A stretch of 63,209 nt of DNA, filler included, from Rozella allomycis CSF55 (Eukaryota): NCBI GenBank assembly GCA_000442015.1. It is 6 parts of 6 records of this genome, joined end to end, with 100 filler letters (N's around TTAATTAATTAA, not from the genome) between each part and the next. Parts side by side here need not be neighbours in the genome. Positions count along the whole stretch, not along the records: positions 62,200 to 63,209 come from KE560871.1; 5 more parts are not named here. One strand, given 5' to 3'. The notes beneath the pieces were generated by a model. It did no database searches. It saw only the letters and a program-made list of their open reading frames with translations, and was not told the DNA's origin. The translations under genes and the position numbers were made by a program. Positions 63,067 through 63,209 of the stretch are shown here, piece by piece (the stretch's first letter is position 1; every line of letters begins with the position of its first letter).

Positions 63067-63209
63067 GTATTTCTTTATCTATCTCCAATTGAACTATTCT
63101 ACATAATTTATTATACTATTAACAACATGTCATATTAATATCTAGCAGTAAAAATGTCGCTAGTAGGTATAAATGTTAAGCAGATACCCACGCGTACTAC
63201 ACCCAGTAC

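Overview
Eukaryotic, AT-rich, very gene-dense sequence. It consists of six assembly segments (1-5500, 5601-28593, 28694-41308, 41409-51912, 52013-62099, 62200-63209) joined by artificial 100-nt linkers (N44-TTAATTAATTAA-N44). About 25 single-N joins, most flanked by near-identical duplications, look like uncollapsed haplotypes. Genes are split by spliceosomal micro-introns almost all 24-31 nt long. Gene content, compaction and intron size point to an early-diverging fungal endoparasite such as Rozella (Cryptomycota); this is inference, not a database match. Recognisable genes: TIM23, DNMT2, DNAJC11, MCCC2, P5A-ATPase SPF1, a formate/nitrite transporter, PEX1, an ERCC6L-like SNF2, YIPF1-like, SFR1/Mei5-like, mitochondrial EF-G2, TIP41, RBM42, a MARK kinase, MCM1/SRF, a GT15 mannosyltransferase, ERV41-like, CaMK1, SEH1, PCID2/CSN12, an Mdm1/SNX14-like nexin and an arrestin-like protein. 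There is also a set of orphan secreted proteins. The strongest candidate novel system is in the splicing code, which appears to select 3' splice sites mainly by distance. Three 57-58-nt introns are each two ~28-nt introns back to back (AG|GT, zero-length exon). At least three 28-nt introns appear to end in TG rather than AG. Other highlights: an in-frame Pof1-type NMN adenylyltransferase-TatD nuclease fusion, a REase+pseudokinase Crinkler-like protein, a signal peptide+F-box-like protein, an apparently inactivated lysozyme/GH19-like secreted protein, and a strand-asymmetry domain around 14-20 kb. All exon boundaries were read by eye.
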